Below are positions 17,372-28,234 of a stretch of 64,000 bases of DNA, piece after piece. The DNA is from a virus, in IMG/VR virus record IMGVR_UViG_3300027749_000111, positions 2,373 through 66,372 of that record; one strand, written 5' to 3'. The notes below the pieces were generated by a model that made no database searches, was not told the DNA's origin, and saw only the letters and a program-made list of their open reading frames with translations. Positions within the stretch are counted from its first letter, which is position 1. Every line of letters begins with the position of its first letter. The position numbers and the translations under genes are program-made.

Positions 17372-18055
17372 ATGAGTGGTTATAACGTAGATAGTAGGGA
17401 CCCTATAAATACAACTTGCTTTATGGGAGTTCTTAATGCTATAATTGCTAGCGGCAGTGTTGGTGGTGGATCTGATGCCGCATCACTAGCCTTTCATAAG
17501 AAACCTTTGAATCAAGTGGAACAATGCGGAAATGTATTTTCTGTAAATGATGATGATGATGATCCTGATCTCATGAAAGAGATTCTTGGTCAGTCTACTC
17601 TTACAAAGCAACAAGGTCAAAAACTTTTAGATAACCAAAGCAAAGAAAACATAGCAGCATACGGTGGTTTACCACGCCCTACCGATGGTGCATTGGATAT
17701 TGAAAATGAATATCGTAGGTTGACTGGCCGCACTCATCTCATTCAAATGTTTAACAATGTACCATTTATGTGTTGTAGAGCACATGCTATTCCATATATT
17801 GTTGCTTCAAGAACGCACCATGCTACAAGAAACGTTATTAATCCATGGCCTCCAAGTTCGCCAATACCTTACGATTATGTTATGAGCGATAAACGCAGAG
17901 AATTAGAAAAAATTCAACGAATAGAAAATAAAGCAAGATCGCGATGGATTTTAGATAAATTCAATGATGATGATAATGATGATCAAACAACAATAAAGAT
18001 TATTCAAGGAGACAAGCTTATTGTTCCTCCCACTATTGACACGTCAGGTTTATAA
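17372..18055 (+). CDS. Hypothetical protein
   Basis: 227 aa, tightly packed with neighbours. Confidence 0.7.
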   Translation: MSGYNVDSRDPINTTCFMGVLNAIIASGSVGGGSDAASLAFHKKPLNQVEQCGNVFSVNDDDDDPDLMKEILGQSTLTKQQGQKLLDNQSKENIAAYGGLPRPTDGALDIENEYRRLTGRTHLIQMFNNVPFMCCRAHAIPYIVASRTHHATRNVINPWPPSSPIPYDYVMSDKRRELEKIQRIENKARSRWILDKFNDDDNDDQTTIKIIQGDKLIVPPTIDTSGL

Positions 18056-18058
18056 GTT

Positions 18059-20563
18059 ATGCATAAATTTTCTTTTAAAAATAATAAAATAATTGTTGCT
18101 AATAGCCAGTTCGATCTTTCTTATGGTGAAGGAACTGCACGCGTTGACAATGCTATCATAACAAATTCTAATGAATCTACTCAACAACAACAAAGCGAAT
18201 ACTATAAGACAATAAGTCAACCATTTGCTTTATTCAATGGTGCAATTCGACCAGCTGATATCGGTCCCGGCAAAACAGTTGAAGGTAGTTATGATATCTG
18301 GCACAATGACATGGATGGAGATGGTGTAGAAGACAGAGATAAAAACAATAATTCTATAGCCAAGAATATGCACGACCGTTTACTCACACAAAGCTCTGAC
18401 ACATACACCCCGCGTACAACTGCTAAGTATATAAGAACAAGAATGAGTCTATCTTCGTTTCCTGCTGAGAGCAGAATACATAGGTTTATGAAAAATCTTA
18501 AAGATGGTGAAGCTCAAGATTTTATTTATGCATATACCCCTACTGAAGTTTACGAACAAATTCTTGCTAACAACCGAGGTGCTTTGCGTGATATAACCAC
18601 ACAAGATCGTGTTGCTGCTGTTGCCACTGCCCGCACACAAAACAATTTATCAACCGATATAACTGATATTGAAGATCCAGTTAGCTTGGTGCTGACGCAC
18701 CAGAATCCTTTTAAAGCACTGTATGAAGGTTTGATGTACCCGGACGCTGCACTTGGAATCTCTACTGAGCCTGAGCACATGCAAGGCCTTTGTGATTGTG
18801 GAAATAAAAAAGAAAATCACACAAAAGAAAATCATCCATTTTTTCCAAGAACAATAAGTGATAATGGTCAATTGGTTGATGGCAGAAACTATCGCAGTAT
18901 TAATTCTCCTACTAGAAGTGGTATTTTCAGTAGAATTGTAAATGGTGTACAAAGTCGTTGGTCAAAAGGCCAGCCGGATGATCTTGAACCACAACTTATA
19001 AGAGCACATGAACATTTAAAAGAACAAGGAATAGAAGTCAGTCCAGAAGATGCTCAGATGGTAGTGCGCATTGGCGTGGGTCCGGAAGTAGTTAGATCTA
19101 TTTATCATTTAAGTACGAGTGCTAGGGGTAGAAAACCACAAAGCGGTTCGCTACCAGCAAGAAAATCCATAATAAAACCATGTACAGCTTGCGGAAGTAC
19201 ACGTAAACAAAATAGACATCAGCGCGACGGCACGTACTGGGATCAAGATATTATAGACCCAGATGTTACAAATCTCAAAGTAACAATCAATGCTGAGACC
19301 GGCAACCTAATGCTTATACCTGATACTAGACCACCTGGTGCTTTAAATGGTGAAGCCAATCGTACTAAAGCTCTTTTTAGAACAACACCAGATAATGTTT
19401 GTAAAGTTTGTGACGGTACTGGCGAGATAGAGCAAGAAGGAAAACCAAGAAGAAGAAAGTCTGCATTTTCTATAAAACCAACAGTACTTGATAAAATTGG
19501 CAATATAATAACTGCAGCAAAAATGAAATCAAATGATAGCATTGGTTGGCTTCCGAATGCCAATATTAGTTGTGCTACTTGTGGTGGTGACAATGATTAT
19601 CGTGACAATGATATGCCATGCAGATCTTGTAGAATTGGCGACTTAAAGAGCGATGATACCGATAGTCCAGTGGCGCCAACTGGCAGCCGATACATAAACA
19701 AGAACGGTATCCTAATACCGATGACTCATCTTGTTAGCATTGCCAACAAAGTATATGGTCCTGATTCAAACCCGCACAGGATTATTAATGATAGCGATGG
19801 ATCGCTTGGAGAAAGAATCATGCCTGGCGATACAGAACATACTTTTACAATGAAAAAAGATAAAAGAACTGGTAAAACAATTTTTAGAGGACAAAGAGGC
19901 CACTGGTATCAAGTAATTGATCGTGCAGGCAGCCCTGTATTTAAAGATGAAGATAGTGCCCGAGCATGGGTAGGCAGATTTACTCCCGGTATAACCATTC
20001 CTCAATCTCACCTTGATGAATTAAATAAAATGGCTGCAAAAATTCGTAAGGGCCCTAATGCCAAACAAACAAGCGGCTCTGAAGAATTGGATCTGGTGTG
20101 TAAATACCTTAAGGAAAATTTGCTTTCGTTGCCAGAACAAAGTTTTACTGCGATGCGAACACCTGCAGCTAAAGTAAGGACCATTATTCCTGACAGCATA
20201 AAACCCGATGACATTGCATATCTTGGTCTTGAACAGCCTGGCAGAGACATCACCCATAAAAGTATTTGGCCTGGCATTGTAGAAATAAATAAAAAACGAT
20301 CTGAACTTTTAGATGGAGACGATTCTGAAATCGATAATAAAGTAAATGTTTTTTATGATGCCTTATCACAAGCTGCTGCATCACAAGAAATCTTTAGCGA
20401 TACACCAGAGCATATATCTAATAATTTGAATGCTTCTTACCAATCAATTGTTGATCATTTGCAAGAAAGATATCCAGAAACAACTAGAATCTCATTGCAA
20501 GATAGTTTTAGCAAAATGATTTTTCCTTTTATGAAGAAGCAATCAAAAGCTGGTGATATCTGA
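18059..20563 (+). CDS. Large hypothetical protein with DnaJ-like CxxCxGxG motifs
   Basis: 834 aa; CTACGS, CKVCDGTG, CATCGG, CRSC. Confidence 0.8.
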   Translation: MHKFSFKNNKIIVANSQFDLSYGEGTARVDNAIITNSNESTQQQQSEYYKTISQPFALFNGAIRPADIGPGKTVEGSYDIWHNDMDGDGVEDRDKNNNSIAKNMHDRLLTQSSDTYTPRTTAKYIRTRMSLSSFPAESRIHRFMKNLKDGEAQDFIYAYTPTEVYEQILANNRGALRDITTQDRVAAVATARTQNNLSTDITDIEDPVSLVLTHQNPFKALYEGLMYPDAALGISTEPEHMQGLCDCGNKKENHTKENHPFFPRTISDNGQLVDGRNYRSINSPTRSGIFSRIVNGVQSRWSKGQPDDLEPQLIRAHEHLKEQGIEVSPEDAQMVVRIGVGPEVVRSIYHLSTSARGRKPQSGSLPARKSIIKPCTACGSTRKQNRHQRDGTYWDQDIIDPDVTNLKVTINAETGNLMLIPDTRPPGALNGEANRTKALFRTTPDNVCKVCDGTGEIEQEGKPRRRKSAFSIKPTVLDKIGNIITAAKMKSNDSIGWLPNANISCATCGGDNDYRDNDMPCRSCRIGDLKSDDTDSPVAPTGSRYINKNGILIPMTHLVSIANKVYGPDSNPHRIINDSDGSLGERIMPGDTEHTFTMKKDKRTGKTIFRGQRGHWYQVIDRAGSPVFKDEDSARAWVGRFTPGITIPQSHLDELNKMAAKIRKGPNAKQTSGSEELDLVCKYLKENLLSLPEQSFTAMRTPAAKVRTIIPDSIKPDDIAYLGLEQPGRDITHKSIWPGIVEINKKRSELLDGDDSEIDNKVNVFYDALSQAAASQEIFSDTPEHISNNLNASYQSIVDHLQERYPETTRISLQDSFSKMIFPFMKKQSKAGDI

Positions 20564-22623
20564 TGTCAAATAAAAAAACATTTAATTCTAAGTATGCAAC
20601 TCCATCAGGCTGGGTATCTAGTCATGATGATGATAATGATGATAATAATGATATTCCTGGTGGTTATGATATTGATGATTATGGTAATGATAAAGACAAA
20701 TGGGACCCTAACCCCATCCTTGGCGTAACTCCCGTATCGACAAACAACCCTGATGATCTGAGACATAATACTTCTCCGTTTGTTTTGAAGAGTGACAGCG
20801 AAGTAGAATCACAGCAAAGGGGTGTTGGAAGAGGTTCTGTTAAAGATTCAATAATGCCATTTGTACTAATGACAGACAAACAAGCTGAAGAACGCGGCTT
20901 TAAAATTCTACCAAAACTAACAGAAGAAGAACGGGATGCAAAAAGACAAAGCACAATAGATCAAGGCATACCATTAACTCAAAAAGAAGCTTTACTTCAT
21001 GCTGGCCCGGTAGCAATGAATATCATTGCTTCGCAACACATTGACCATCAATGCTCAAAATGCGATGGCACTGGGCAACTTCTAGAAGTTCGTAGTGGCT
21101 TTGGAACAAGACCAGTTCCATGCAGCAAATGCCATGGCTACGGGCACACAGACTTTGAACCGAGTGCTCTTGGCGGAGTAATGGATGTTAAAACTTCAAT
21201 TGGCACAATTGAACAACACCGGCAAATGCACGATAAGTTTTGTCATCGTTTAAGTTGTTTGCCGCATTGTTGTTACAAACCGGTTATTGATCCTATTCGT
21301 GAAAGTATGCAAAAACGAGGGATGCTTATTCAGGATAAAGATGTTAAAGTTAGAACCGGTTCAACTCCAGAATTAAGACAGCTATTAGCTCAACCAGTGG
21401 TAAGTGATCAATGGCAGCGAACTGCAGCCGGACTAATTGTTTATGGTGGTAGAAATCGTTTAGCTGGGGCAAGCAGCGATGTTCTAAGCATAGGCCCCGG
21501 TTCCATCGTTGGAATTGCAAATCATTCATTAGAAAACCCATATGGTGTACCGAGACCATCGACTTCGCACCCTGTACCATTAGACAAAGCATTTGATGCT
21601 GATAGTCCAATAGAAATGTTTCCCAGCAGGGATCGTTCAATGATGGCATTGGTAGATAGTGTTGCTAAAGATGGTAGATCATGGGACGGATGGGTTGATG
21701 CTCGTTCAAGTGGAGCAATTGCGGCTCACAACAAAATGTGGAAAGAAATTCAAAAGGCTAGTGGCAGATATCCTTATGAACTAGACCAACAGCATACATT
21801 AAATATGTTTAATAGACACATTTTAGATAGCGATGCAAATCAAGTTTTCACTGATATTTATCTTAAGAGCTTGCAAGGCATTACAAGTGAATGGACACAA
21901 TTGTTTGGAAAGAAATCAACTGCACCTTACGCTGTAACTCTAAGTGCACAGCCAAGAGTTAGCGGTGGAGAATCAACTGGCAGTAATCTTGTTTACCGTA
22001 AGAACATCCCAATGAGATTCACATTTTTGCACGGTCCGCACAGCGCCATTGCCAGCCGTTCATATGGAACCAGAATTGGTAAAAGAATTCAAACTTTGTA
22101 TGGCGATGCTCAAGAAACACCTGATGTTGTTGCACAATACCTTAGAGGTCCCAACTCATTTTCACTTGCTTCACTGCTTCGTCACATACAATTTGGTGAT
22201 CCCGATGGTAGATTATTAAACGCACTTCAATCAATAGATATAAGTCGTGGTGGTACTCCAGGAGATGAAGATGACCCATTTAATCTTACTCCTAAAGCTG
22301 CTTTGCTAGGCAAGCGTGTTGAAATTGATCCTGAGACTATTACTAGCATGAATAGCGAAAGTTATGATGCACTGGGTAGTACATCTGGTCAATATGGAAC
22401 AACACCATTGCGCACACCAGATCTTGAAATTAATGATGATACGTACCATACACCTGCATTCAAAGATTTCTTAAAAACAGCTATAGAAGCAGACTTGCCA
22501 CATCTTTTGAAAGATGGTGTTTTAACTGATGAACAAATAGATACGGGTATTAAAGCTATGAAAAATAACCGCAGCATGGATATTGAGCATGCTAAAAGAG
22601 CTATATTCCCCGGACATTTATAA
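20563..22623 (+). CDS. Large hypothetical protein with DnaJ-like Zn finger
   Basis: 686 aa; CSKCDGTG...CSKCHGYG; N-terminal FNSKYA. Confidence 0.8.
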   Translation: MSNKKTFNSKYATPSGWVSSHDDDNDDNNDIPGGYDIDDYGNDKDKWDPNPILGVTPVSTNNPDDLRHNTSPFVLKSDSEVESQQRGVGRGSVKDSIMPFVLMTDKQAEERGFKILPKLTEEERDAKRQSTIDQGIPLTQKEALLHAGPVAMNIIASQHIDHQCSKCDGTGQLLEVRSGFGTRPVPCSKCHGYGHTDFEPSALGGVMDVKTSIGTIEQHRQMHDKFCHRLSCLPHCCYKPVIDPIRESMQKRGMLIQDKDVKVRTGSTPELRQLLAQPVVSDQWQRTAAGLIVYGGRNRLAGASSDVLSIGPGSIVGIANHSLENPYGVPRPSTSHPVPLDKAFDADSPIEMFPSRDRSMMALVDSVAKDGRSWDGWVDARSSGAIAAHNKMWKEIQKASGRYPYELDQQHTLNMFNRHILDSDANQVFTDIYLKSLQGITSEWTQLFGKKSTAPYAVTLSAQPRVSGGESTGSNLVYRKNIPMRFTFLHGPHSAIASRSYGTRIGKRIQTLYGDAQETPDVVAQYLRGPNSFSLASLLRHIQFGDPDGRLLNALQSIDISRGGTPGDEDDPFNLTPKAALLGKRVEIDPETITSMNSESYDALGSTSGQYGTTPLRTPDLEINDDTYHTPAFKDFLKTAIEADLPHLLKDGVLTDEQIDTGIKAMKNNRSMDIEHAKRAIFPGHL

Positions 22624-22635
22624 TAAAGAAGAAAC

Positions 22636-23118
22636 ATGCCAATACAACCAGAAGAATATCCAAATCCATCAGATGTTGCCAATGATGACCGTACTTGCTT
22701 GGTCTGTGAATTTGGCGACAACAATCCAGCTATGGGCAAACTTGAACCAATTGGAAAACGTCCTGACAACAACCACACGCTATGGTGTCATGATGGGCGT
22801 TGTATGAGTTGGCTTACTACAAAGTACGGCCCTAGTTTTGATAACTTATTTAGTGGCACACCAAAAAGCACCCTAACAATAGGAAACAGGCCACAGCTTG
22901 GACTTGCTGCCAGCAAAGAAACAATGGAAAACATCTGGGCCTTTGCTGGCAAATTCAAATACTTTACTGCTGCCAGTGGAACAGATTCTTTTCCAATTTC
23001 CAATGAAGGCGATGAAATGCACAGTGATGCTACAGCTCCTGTAGCTCCAGCAATGACCAGTGAAATAAAAGTAAAGACCAATAGCGATGGATCTTATAAA
23101 CCACCAAGCACTTTCTAA
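22636..23118 (+). CDS. Hypothetical protein
   Basis: 160 aa, CLVC...C motif. Confidence 0.65.
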   Translation: MPIQPEEYPNPSDVANDDRTCLVCEFGDNNPAMGKLEPIGKRPDNNHTLWCHDGRCMSWLTTKYGPSFDNLFSGTPKSTLTIGNRPQLGLAASKETMENIWAFAGKFKYFTAASGTDSFPISNEGDEMHSDATAPVAPAMTSEIKVKTNSDGSYKPPSTF

Positions 23119-23184
23119 AGTGCGTAACAATGTAATAACCCAATTTATGTACCATAGTGTATGTAACTTCTTATAGGAGAAATA

Positions 23185-23766
23185 ATGGAACCTCGTCTTA
23201 ATATCAAGATTGCTCAAATCTTTGAAGCTGCTGAAATGCCCGTTGACCCTAACTTTATTGGTCCAGATGACCAATGGGTTGGCGATTGGATTGACAGAAC
23301 TGAAGATTATCCAGAAAATATGCAAGCTTACATGGAACAACGTGAAGGCATTGGTGAACACCTTGACCGCAACGTTCAAAATGAAGGTTTTAGCGCCACA
23401 CCAAACCCTGCTCAAGACTATGCATTGATGGTTCTGGAGCCTGAAGTTGCTGGAACCCCAGACCTTGCAGAGATTCCTGGCGGAGCGGGCGCTTCTGGCA
23501 CAACATTGCCTCGTGCTGCTAGCAAGCTGCGCAAACAGGCCAATGGTTTTAACAACACACAATCTCGTGTTGACTTTACCATGGGTGTAGTTGCCAATGC
23601 TTCATCTGGTTCATTGACCAATGCTAGAGTTGTTGTTGAAACTCCCAGTACAAAGATTGCCGGTACAGTAATTGCTGTTGGCGAACAAGAATTTGCTGTT
23701 GTTTGGGATGACCGGACTGCAAGCGTTGAACGCAAGGGCGACTACGAGCTAGTATTCTCTGAATAA
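23185..23766 (+). CDS. Hypothetical protein, putative head-associated
   Basis: SD AGGAG; IKIAQ, RAAS and RKQA motifs; SH3-like C-terminus (AVVWDD). Confidence 0.75.
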   Translation: MEPRLNIKIAQIFEAAEMPVDPNFIGPDDQWVGDWIDRTEDYPENMQAYMEQREGIGEHLDRNVQNEGFSATPNPAQDYALMVLEPEVAGTPDLAEIPGGAGASGTTLPRAASKLRKQANGFNNTQSRVDFTMGVVANASSGSLTNARVVVETPSTKIAGTVIAVGEQEFAVVWDDRTASVERKGDYELVFSE

Positions 23767-23771
23767 TTAAT

Positions 23772-24362
23772 ATGTTTAAAACACGTAAAACTAAGATCGT
23801 TTCGGTTCCTGCTGAAGAGATCCTTGAAGTTGTAGCGCCAGATCTTGAATCCGTAGTAACCACAGTATACAACATAGAACAATTGACTATAAGCTATCAA
23901 GACGAGGTGGTAGCCACTGGTGAATTGATCGATAGTGCTGGCGGTATCTATGAATATAATTGGGACAAAAAGTTAAAGAGAATAAGCTCTTTGAGTGGCA
24001 AAAGCATCAATAGTCTTGTTTGGATGCTGTGCGACACCGTTTTGCAAAAGTATTATGTAAGGCCAGAATCAATAGCAGTTGAAACACCAGTCGAATTAAA
24101 GATTGCTGAAGCTTTAAAAGTTGCTATAACGCCCGTTTTAAATTCTATAAAAATGCTAGAAAACAAAGTTGTAACAGCCAGGCCAGCGCCTGCCCCAGTA
24201 CAACAAATAGCTCAAAGGCCACAGATGATTCAATCTGCACCATCAATGCCAACTGATACACCAGCTATCAATGTGGCTGATAGTGACATTAGTGCCAATG
24301 CTATGCGGTACTTACAACAATCCAGTGAACCAGATCTGGATATAGATTATATGAGTCTCTAG
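23772..24362 (+). CDS. Hypothetical protein
   Basis: 196 aa ORF in operon. Confidence 0.7.
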   Translation: MFKTRKTKIVSVPAEEILEVVAPDLESVVTTVYNIEQLTISYQDEVVATGELIDSAGGIYEYNWDKKLKRISSLSGKSINSLVWMLCDTVLQKYYVRPESIAVETPVELKIAEALKVAITPVLNSIKMLENKVVTARPAPAPVQQIAQRPQMIQSAPSMPTDTPAINVADSDISANAMRYLQQSSEPDLDIDYMSL

Positions 24363-24370
24363 GAGAGAAT

Positions 24371-25114
24371 ATGCAATCAGCAGAAGGCAAGGGCCCAAAG
24401 CAAGTAAAAAAACCATACGTGCTCGGTAATTTTGTTACTAACTATGGTAATGATGGTGCACCAACTGGTACTCCAAACCCACCCAGCTCTCCATACACTG
24501 CTGTTGTTGGCGCTACCACTATCAGTGGAACCACATGGGCAGGCGGAATTGTCGGCAGTGCTGTGCCAGGTCTTAATGTTAATATAAATGGCAATGGTGC
24601 CACTGATGTAAGTTATGTATGTGCAGCAGATCCATTGCTCACACTATCCGATATAGAAACTACTTATGTTGACCTATGGGTAAATGCAACATTCTCTGGT
24701 GCATGCACTCTTCGTTTGCAAGGTAGTAACAATAGGTTCCAAGGAAATACAGACTACAACTCCTCAGCCTGGACGACATTGCTTACAACAACAATTACTG
24801 GCAATGGTGTTACTGGTCAATCGATTACAATGAACAACACTGCATCCGGTGTAGAAAACCCCAAGATGGCATACCGCGTTACTGCTAGTGGTCCTACTGC
24901 CAGCGGTATTATTGACTGGGCAATTCCAGGTTTCTTTGTTGATTACAGTGCAATGGGCATTGGCAACAACGCTGGAGATGCCAATGGCAGCATTGGTCAG
25001 CTGAACATTCAAAGCCCTAGCTACCTTACAATTTCTGGTGGAAGCATTACAAATACAGTTAATGGCACACCTCCATACAGTGCAACTAGCAATAACATTG
25101 ACTACTACGGTTAA
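24371..25114 (+). CDS. Putative virion surface/decoration protein (beta-rich)
   Basis: SD AGGAG; G/T/N/S-rich; LRLQGS...WTTL motif; many xSG. Confidence 0.65.
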   Translation: MQSAEGKGPKQVKKPYVLGNFVTNYGNDGAPTGTPNPPSSPYTAVVGATTISGTTWAGGIVGSAVPGLNVNINGNGATDVSYVCAADPLLTLSDIETTYVDLWVNATFSGACTLRLQGSNNRFQGNTDYNSSAWTTLLTTTITGNGVTGQSITMNNTASGVENPKMAYRVTASGPTASGIIDWAIPGFFVDYSAMGIGNNAGDANGSIGQLNIQSPSYLTISGGSITNTVNGTPPYSATSNNIDYYG

Positions 25115-25125
25115 AGGATAATATA

Positions 25126-25314
25126 ATGGATCGTAAGCAAAACATTAGAACAGCTAGCATTCGTCGTGTTGGAGCTAACTTTGATTTTAATGGCAACCCT
25201 ATTGACCAAAATGATGGTGGCGGTGTTATCCATTTTAGTGGCTCCATGGCCTTTTATCCATGTGGTTGCCAAAAGGTTGGAAACATAGGCACTTGCAGTT
25301 GTTTGACCTTCTAA
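25126..25314 (+). CDS. Small hypothetical protein
   Basis: 62 aa, SD AAGGA, IRTAS motif, C-terminal Cys cluster. Confidence 0.65.
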   Translation: MDRKQNIRTASIRRVGANFDFNGNPIDQNDGGGVIHFSGSMAFYPCGCQKVGNIGTCSCLTF

Positions 25315-25324
25315 GGAATATTAC

Positions 25325-27697
25325 ATGTCATCTCAAGACTGGAGTGCATCTGCGGAATTAAACCGTATGCGCACAGCTGGTATTACCGGATCAAGTAACC
25401 CTATTCGCAATCGCATTGAAACTCGCGAACTGTTGAACAGAGTTAAAAATGGTTCGCTAGCAGATGACGTTATGCGAATGCCCACTGAAGGCAGGTCACG
25501 ACTCAACAATCTTGGCAACGGCGTTAACATGGAAGGCATGGCCAAGACCATTGGTCGTACTGCTGCTGCCACTGGTAGCGATGCACAATGGGCATGGCCA
25601 AAGTTGCATGACCCCTTTGAATACTGGCGTGAACGCACCTGGTGGTTCAACATGGAAGACCCTGATGAGCAGACACGTAAAATTCGTGACTGGGCTCGTT
25701 TACTCTACACAACTCACCACCTTGTCCCCGGCCTAATTGATATTTACACTCGTTTTCCCTTGTTGGACATTGAGTTTGTTCACCACGATAAAAGAATCAG
25801 TGATTTTTACAATGAATTGTTCTTTGATGGTTTGAACTATCAAGAATTCCTTTATGACCTTGGCCGTGAACACTGGACTGTTGGTGAAGTGTTTGCCATG
25901 GGCAGCTGGCACGATGGTATTGGTGCATGGGAAGATGATGAAATCATCAATCCTAACGACGTTATTGTTGCTAAGAATCGTGCTCTTCGCACCTATCAAT
26001 TCCACGTAAAAGTACCAGATGAAATTAAAAAGCTTATTGAACGACGTGACCCTTCTCAGGAATACCAGATGCTTATGCAGATGTATCCTGATGTTGTTGC
26101 CTGGGCTCGTCAAGACAAGGAAATTCCAGTTTCTGATGTGATCATGCAACAGATCAAATTCAAAACCAATCCTTGGTCTGAACATGGTACTCCAATCCTA
26201 CTTAGAGCATTCCGTATGCTTATGCTTGAAGAGAGTCTTAACGCAGCCCAGGATGCCATTGCTGACCGTTTGTACTCACCATTGATCCTAGCCACCCTAG
26301 GACTCCCTGACGTTGACCAAGATGGTCCATGGATTCCTGATGCTACTGAATTGCAATCATTGCGCAACGACCTCTCAATGGCCATTAACAGTGACTTCCG
26401 TTTGATGACATACCACCACGGTTTAACCATTCAGAATGCTTTTGGTCGTGAAAGCATGCCACGTTTGGATGCAGACTTTATGCGAGTACAGACCAACGTC
26501 ATGGGTGTATTTGGTATTGGTGCAGACTTGATCCAGGGCGGCCAAGGCGGTACTTATGCAAGCGGTGCGCTCAACCGTGAGCTAATCACCCAAATGCTTA
26601 GCACCTACCAGCACAAAATTGAAAAATTTATTCGTAAGCGTATGGAACCAGTGGCTGAACGTCAAGGACATTATGAAATGCGCAATATTGGCGGTCAAAT
26701 GATTCCAATCATGGAAACAGTATTGATGGTTGATGAAGAAACAGGTGCTGAATACATTGAAAAGCGTCCTAAATTAGCTATTCCTGAAGTGCGCTTTCGC
26801 AGCATGAACTTGCGTGATGAAACAGTTGAACGTGGTTTCTTACAAAACTTAATGGCTGCAGGCTTTCCAATTTCATTGGGCACACTGGCTGTTAATATTC
26901 CAATTGATTTTGATGACGAAATTGAAACTCGTCGCGAAGAAAAAGTCAAAACAGTAATTGCTGAACAAGAGTTCAAACGTGAATTGTTTCAACAGCTATT
27001 GGTGCAACAATTGCCAATCCCACCTGAATACATTCAAGAATACCAGGCCTACCTTGCAATGCTAGAAAACCCTGCACTGGCTGCACAGCTGGCTCCAGGG
27101 GCTATTTCTGGCCTTGTTACGCCGCCATCTGCTCCCAATATGACTGGAGTGCCCACACAACATAGTGATGCTGCTATTGGAGCGCAGATCTCACCACTTG
27201 TCAATCAAATGGCTGCACAACAACAAACACAACGTGGAACAGAAAGGCAACGTCCTTCTGAATCTTACGAACAAAAGAAAGATCAACCTAAGCCTAGCAA
27301 AAAAGGTCCAAAGAATGGTCCTCAAAAGAACAAGAAAAAGGCTAGTGCTGATGATGAAGACCTGACAACTAGTTTTGGTGAGGGTTTTAATCCATTGCAA
27401 GAACGTGTTGAATACGGTGGTCGTATGAAATTTGCTACACCAATGGAAAGTCGTAAGCGTCGTCGTATGAAATTGGCTACAGGCATGAAAGTAAATATAG
27501 ACAATGATTATGAAAAGTTTGACGAAGAAGAATTTAAATTACACCTTGCAGCGCTTATAGAAGCAAGTGATGAATCTTTTATTCCAACACCAACTAACTT
27601 AGACGAACATAGCAGCGGTGAAGGTGGAATGGATCAACCAGCACGCATACAAACTAACCCAGAAGAAAAGGGCGTAGGACATGAGCCAATTGTTTAA
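25325..27697 (+). CDS. Portal protein
   Basis: 790 aa; IDIYTRFP, GEVF, GTPILLRAF...PLILATLG motifs; lies upstream of protease, scaffold and capsid. Confidence 0.8.
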   Translation: MSSQDWSASAELNRMRTAGITGSSNPIRNRIETRELLNRVKNGSLADDVMRMPTEGRSRLNNLGNGVNMEGMAKTIGRTAAATGSDAQWAWPKLHDPFEYWRERTWWFNMEDPDEQTRKIRDWARLLYTTHHLVPGLIDIYTRFPLLDIEFVHHDKRISDFYNELFFDGLNYQEFLYDLGREHWTVGEVFAMGSWHDGIGAWEDDEIINPNDVIVAKNRALRTYQFHVKVPDEIKKLIERRDPSQEYQMLMQMYPDVVAWARQDKEIPVSDVIMQQIKFKTNPWSEHGTPILLRAFRMLMLEESLNAAQDAIADRLYSPLILATLGLPDVDQDGPWIPDATELQSLRNDLSMAINSDFRLMTYHHGLTIQNAFGRESMPRLDADFMRVQTNVMGVFGIGADLIQGGQGGTYASGALNRELITQMLSTYQHKIEKFIRKRMEPVAERQGHYEMRNIGGQMIPIMETVLMVDEETGAEYIEKRPKLAIPEVRFRSMNLRDETVERGFLQNLMAAGFPISLGTLAVNIPIDFDDEIETRREEKVKTVIAEQEFKRELFQQLLVQQLPIPPEYIQEYQAYLAMLENPALAAQLAPGAISGLVTPPSAPNMTGVPTQHSDAAIGAQISPLVNQMAAQQQTQRGTERQRPSESYEQKKDQPKPSKKGPKNGPQKNKKKASADDEDLTTSFGEGFNPLQERVEYGGRMKFATPMESRKRRRMKLATGMKVNIDNDYEKFDEEEFKLHLAALIEASDESFIPTPTNLDEHSSGEGGMDQPARIQTNPEEKGVGHEPIV

Positions 27698-27875
27698 TGA
27701 TAGCAACCCAAATATTTTACCCAAGGTGTCTTTTAATAAGCACAGCTTTTTAGACATTGTAAGCCCACTTGTTAAAATTGATATTATCAAGGAAGGCGAA
27801 GGTAAAATTGCTCGTAATGCTGGCAAACTAGACCTTAGCAATAGCATTTATGAAAAATTGGATGAGGATGACTAA
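27681..27875 (+). CDS. Small hypothetical protein
   Basis: 64 aa, overlaps both neighbours, SD AGGA. Confidence 0.55.
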   Translation: MSQLFNDSNPNILPKVSFNKHSFLDIVSPLVKIDIIKEGEGKIARNAGKLDLSNSIYEKLDEDD

Positions 27876-28231
27876 TGCTAGCTTCCACTTTCTTTGATTC
27901 TAGCAATGCATGGTTTGGATATGTAGCCAATTTTTTCTTTGCTGCCACTGCATTTGGTGCAATTGGTAGAATGCTTTACAAAATTATTACAAAGCACTAT
28001 GACAATAGGGTTAATGAAGTACGCGATGAAATGAATGTCCATTTCAAAGAAATCCTCGGTCAATACAAGCCCAATGGTGGTAGTAGCGGTAAAGACCAGT
28101 GGAATCGTATGGAATCCAAAGTGGATCACCTTATGGGACTTGAACATCAAGTCGATAAATTGAGTAAATCCATAGACCGTCATCTTGGTTATCACGAAGG
28201 ATTGCGTGCCGCACACGACGAAGAAGAATAA
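27875..28231 (+). CDS. Single-TM membrane protein with coiled coil (holin/lysis-associated type)
   Basis: N-terminal TM; KPNGGSSGKD motif typical of actinophage membrane proteins; C-terminal HLGYH. Confidence 0.65.
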   Translation: MLASTFFDSSNAWFGYVANFFFAATAFGAIGRMLYKIITKHYDNRVNEVRDEMNVHFKEILGQYKPNGGSSGKDQWNRMESKVDHLMGLEHQVDKLSKSIDRHLGYHEGLRAAHDEEE

Positions 28232-28234
28232 TAT

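Noticed and set aside
18059-25314. Terminase upstream of the portal
   Set aside because: No ORF here shows Walker A/B plus RNase H-like terminase motifs; the terminase is probably outside the window.
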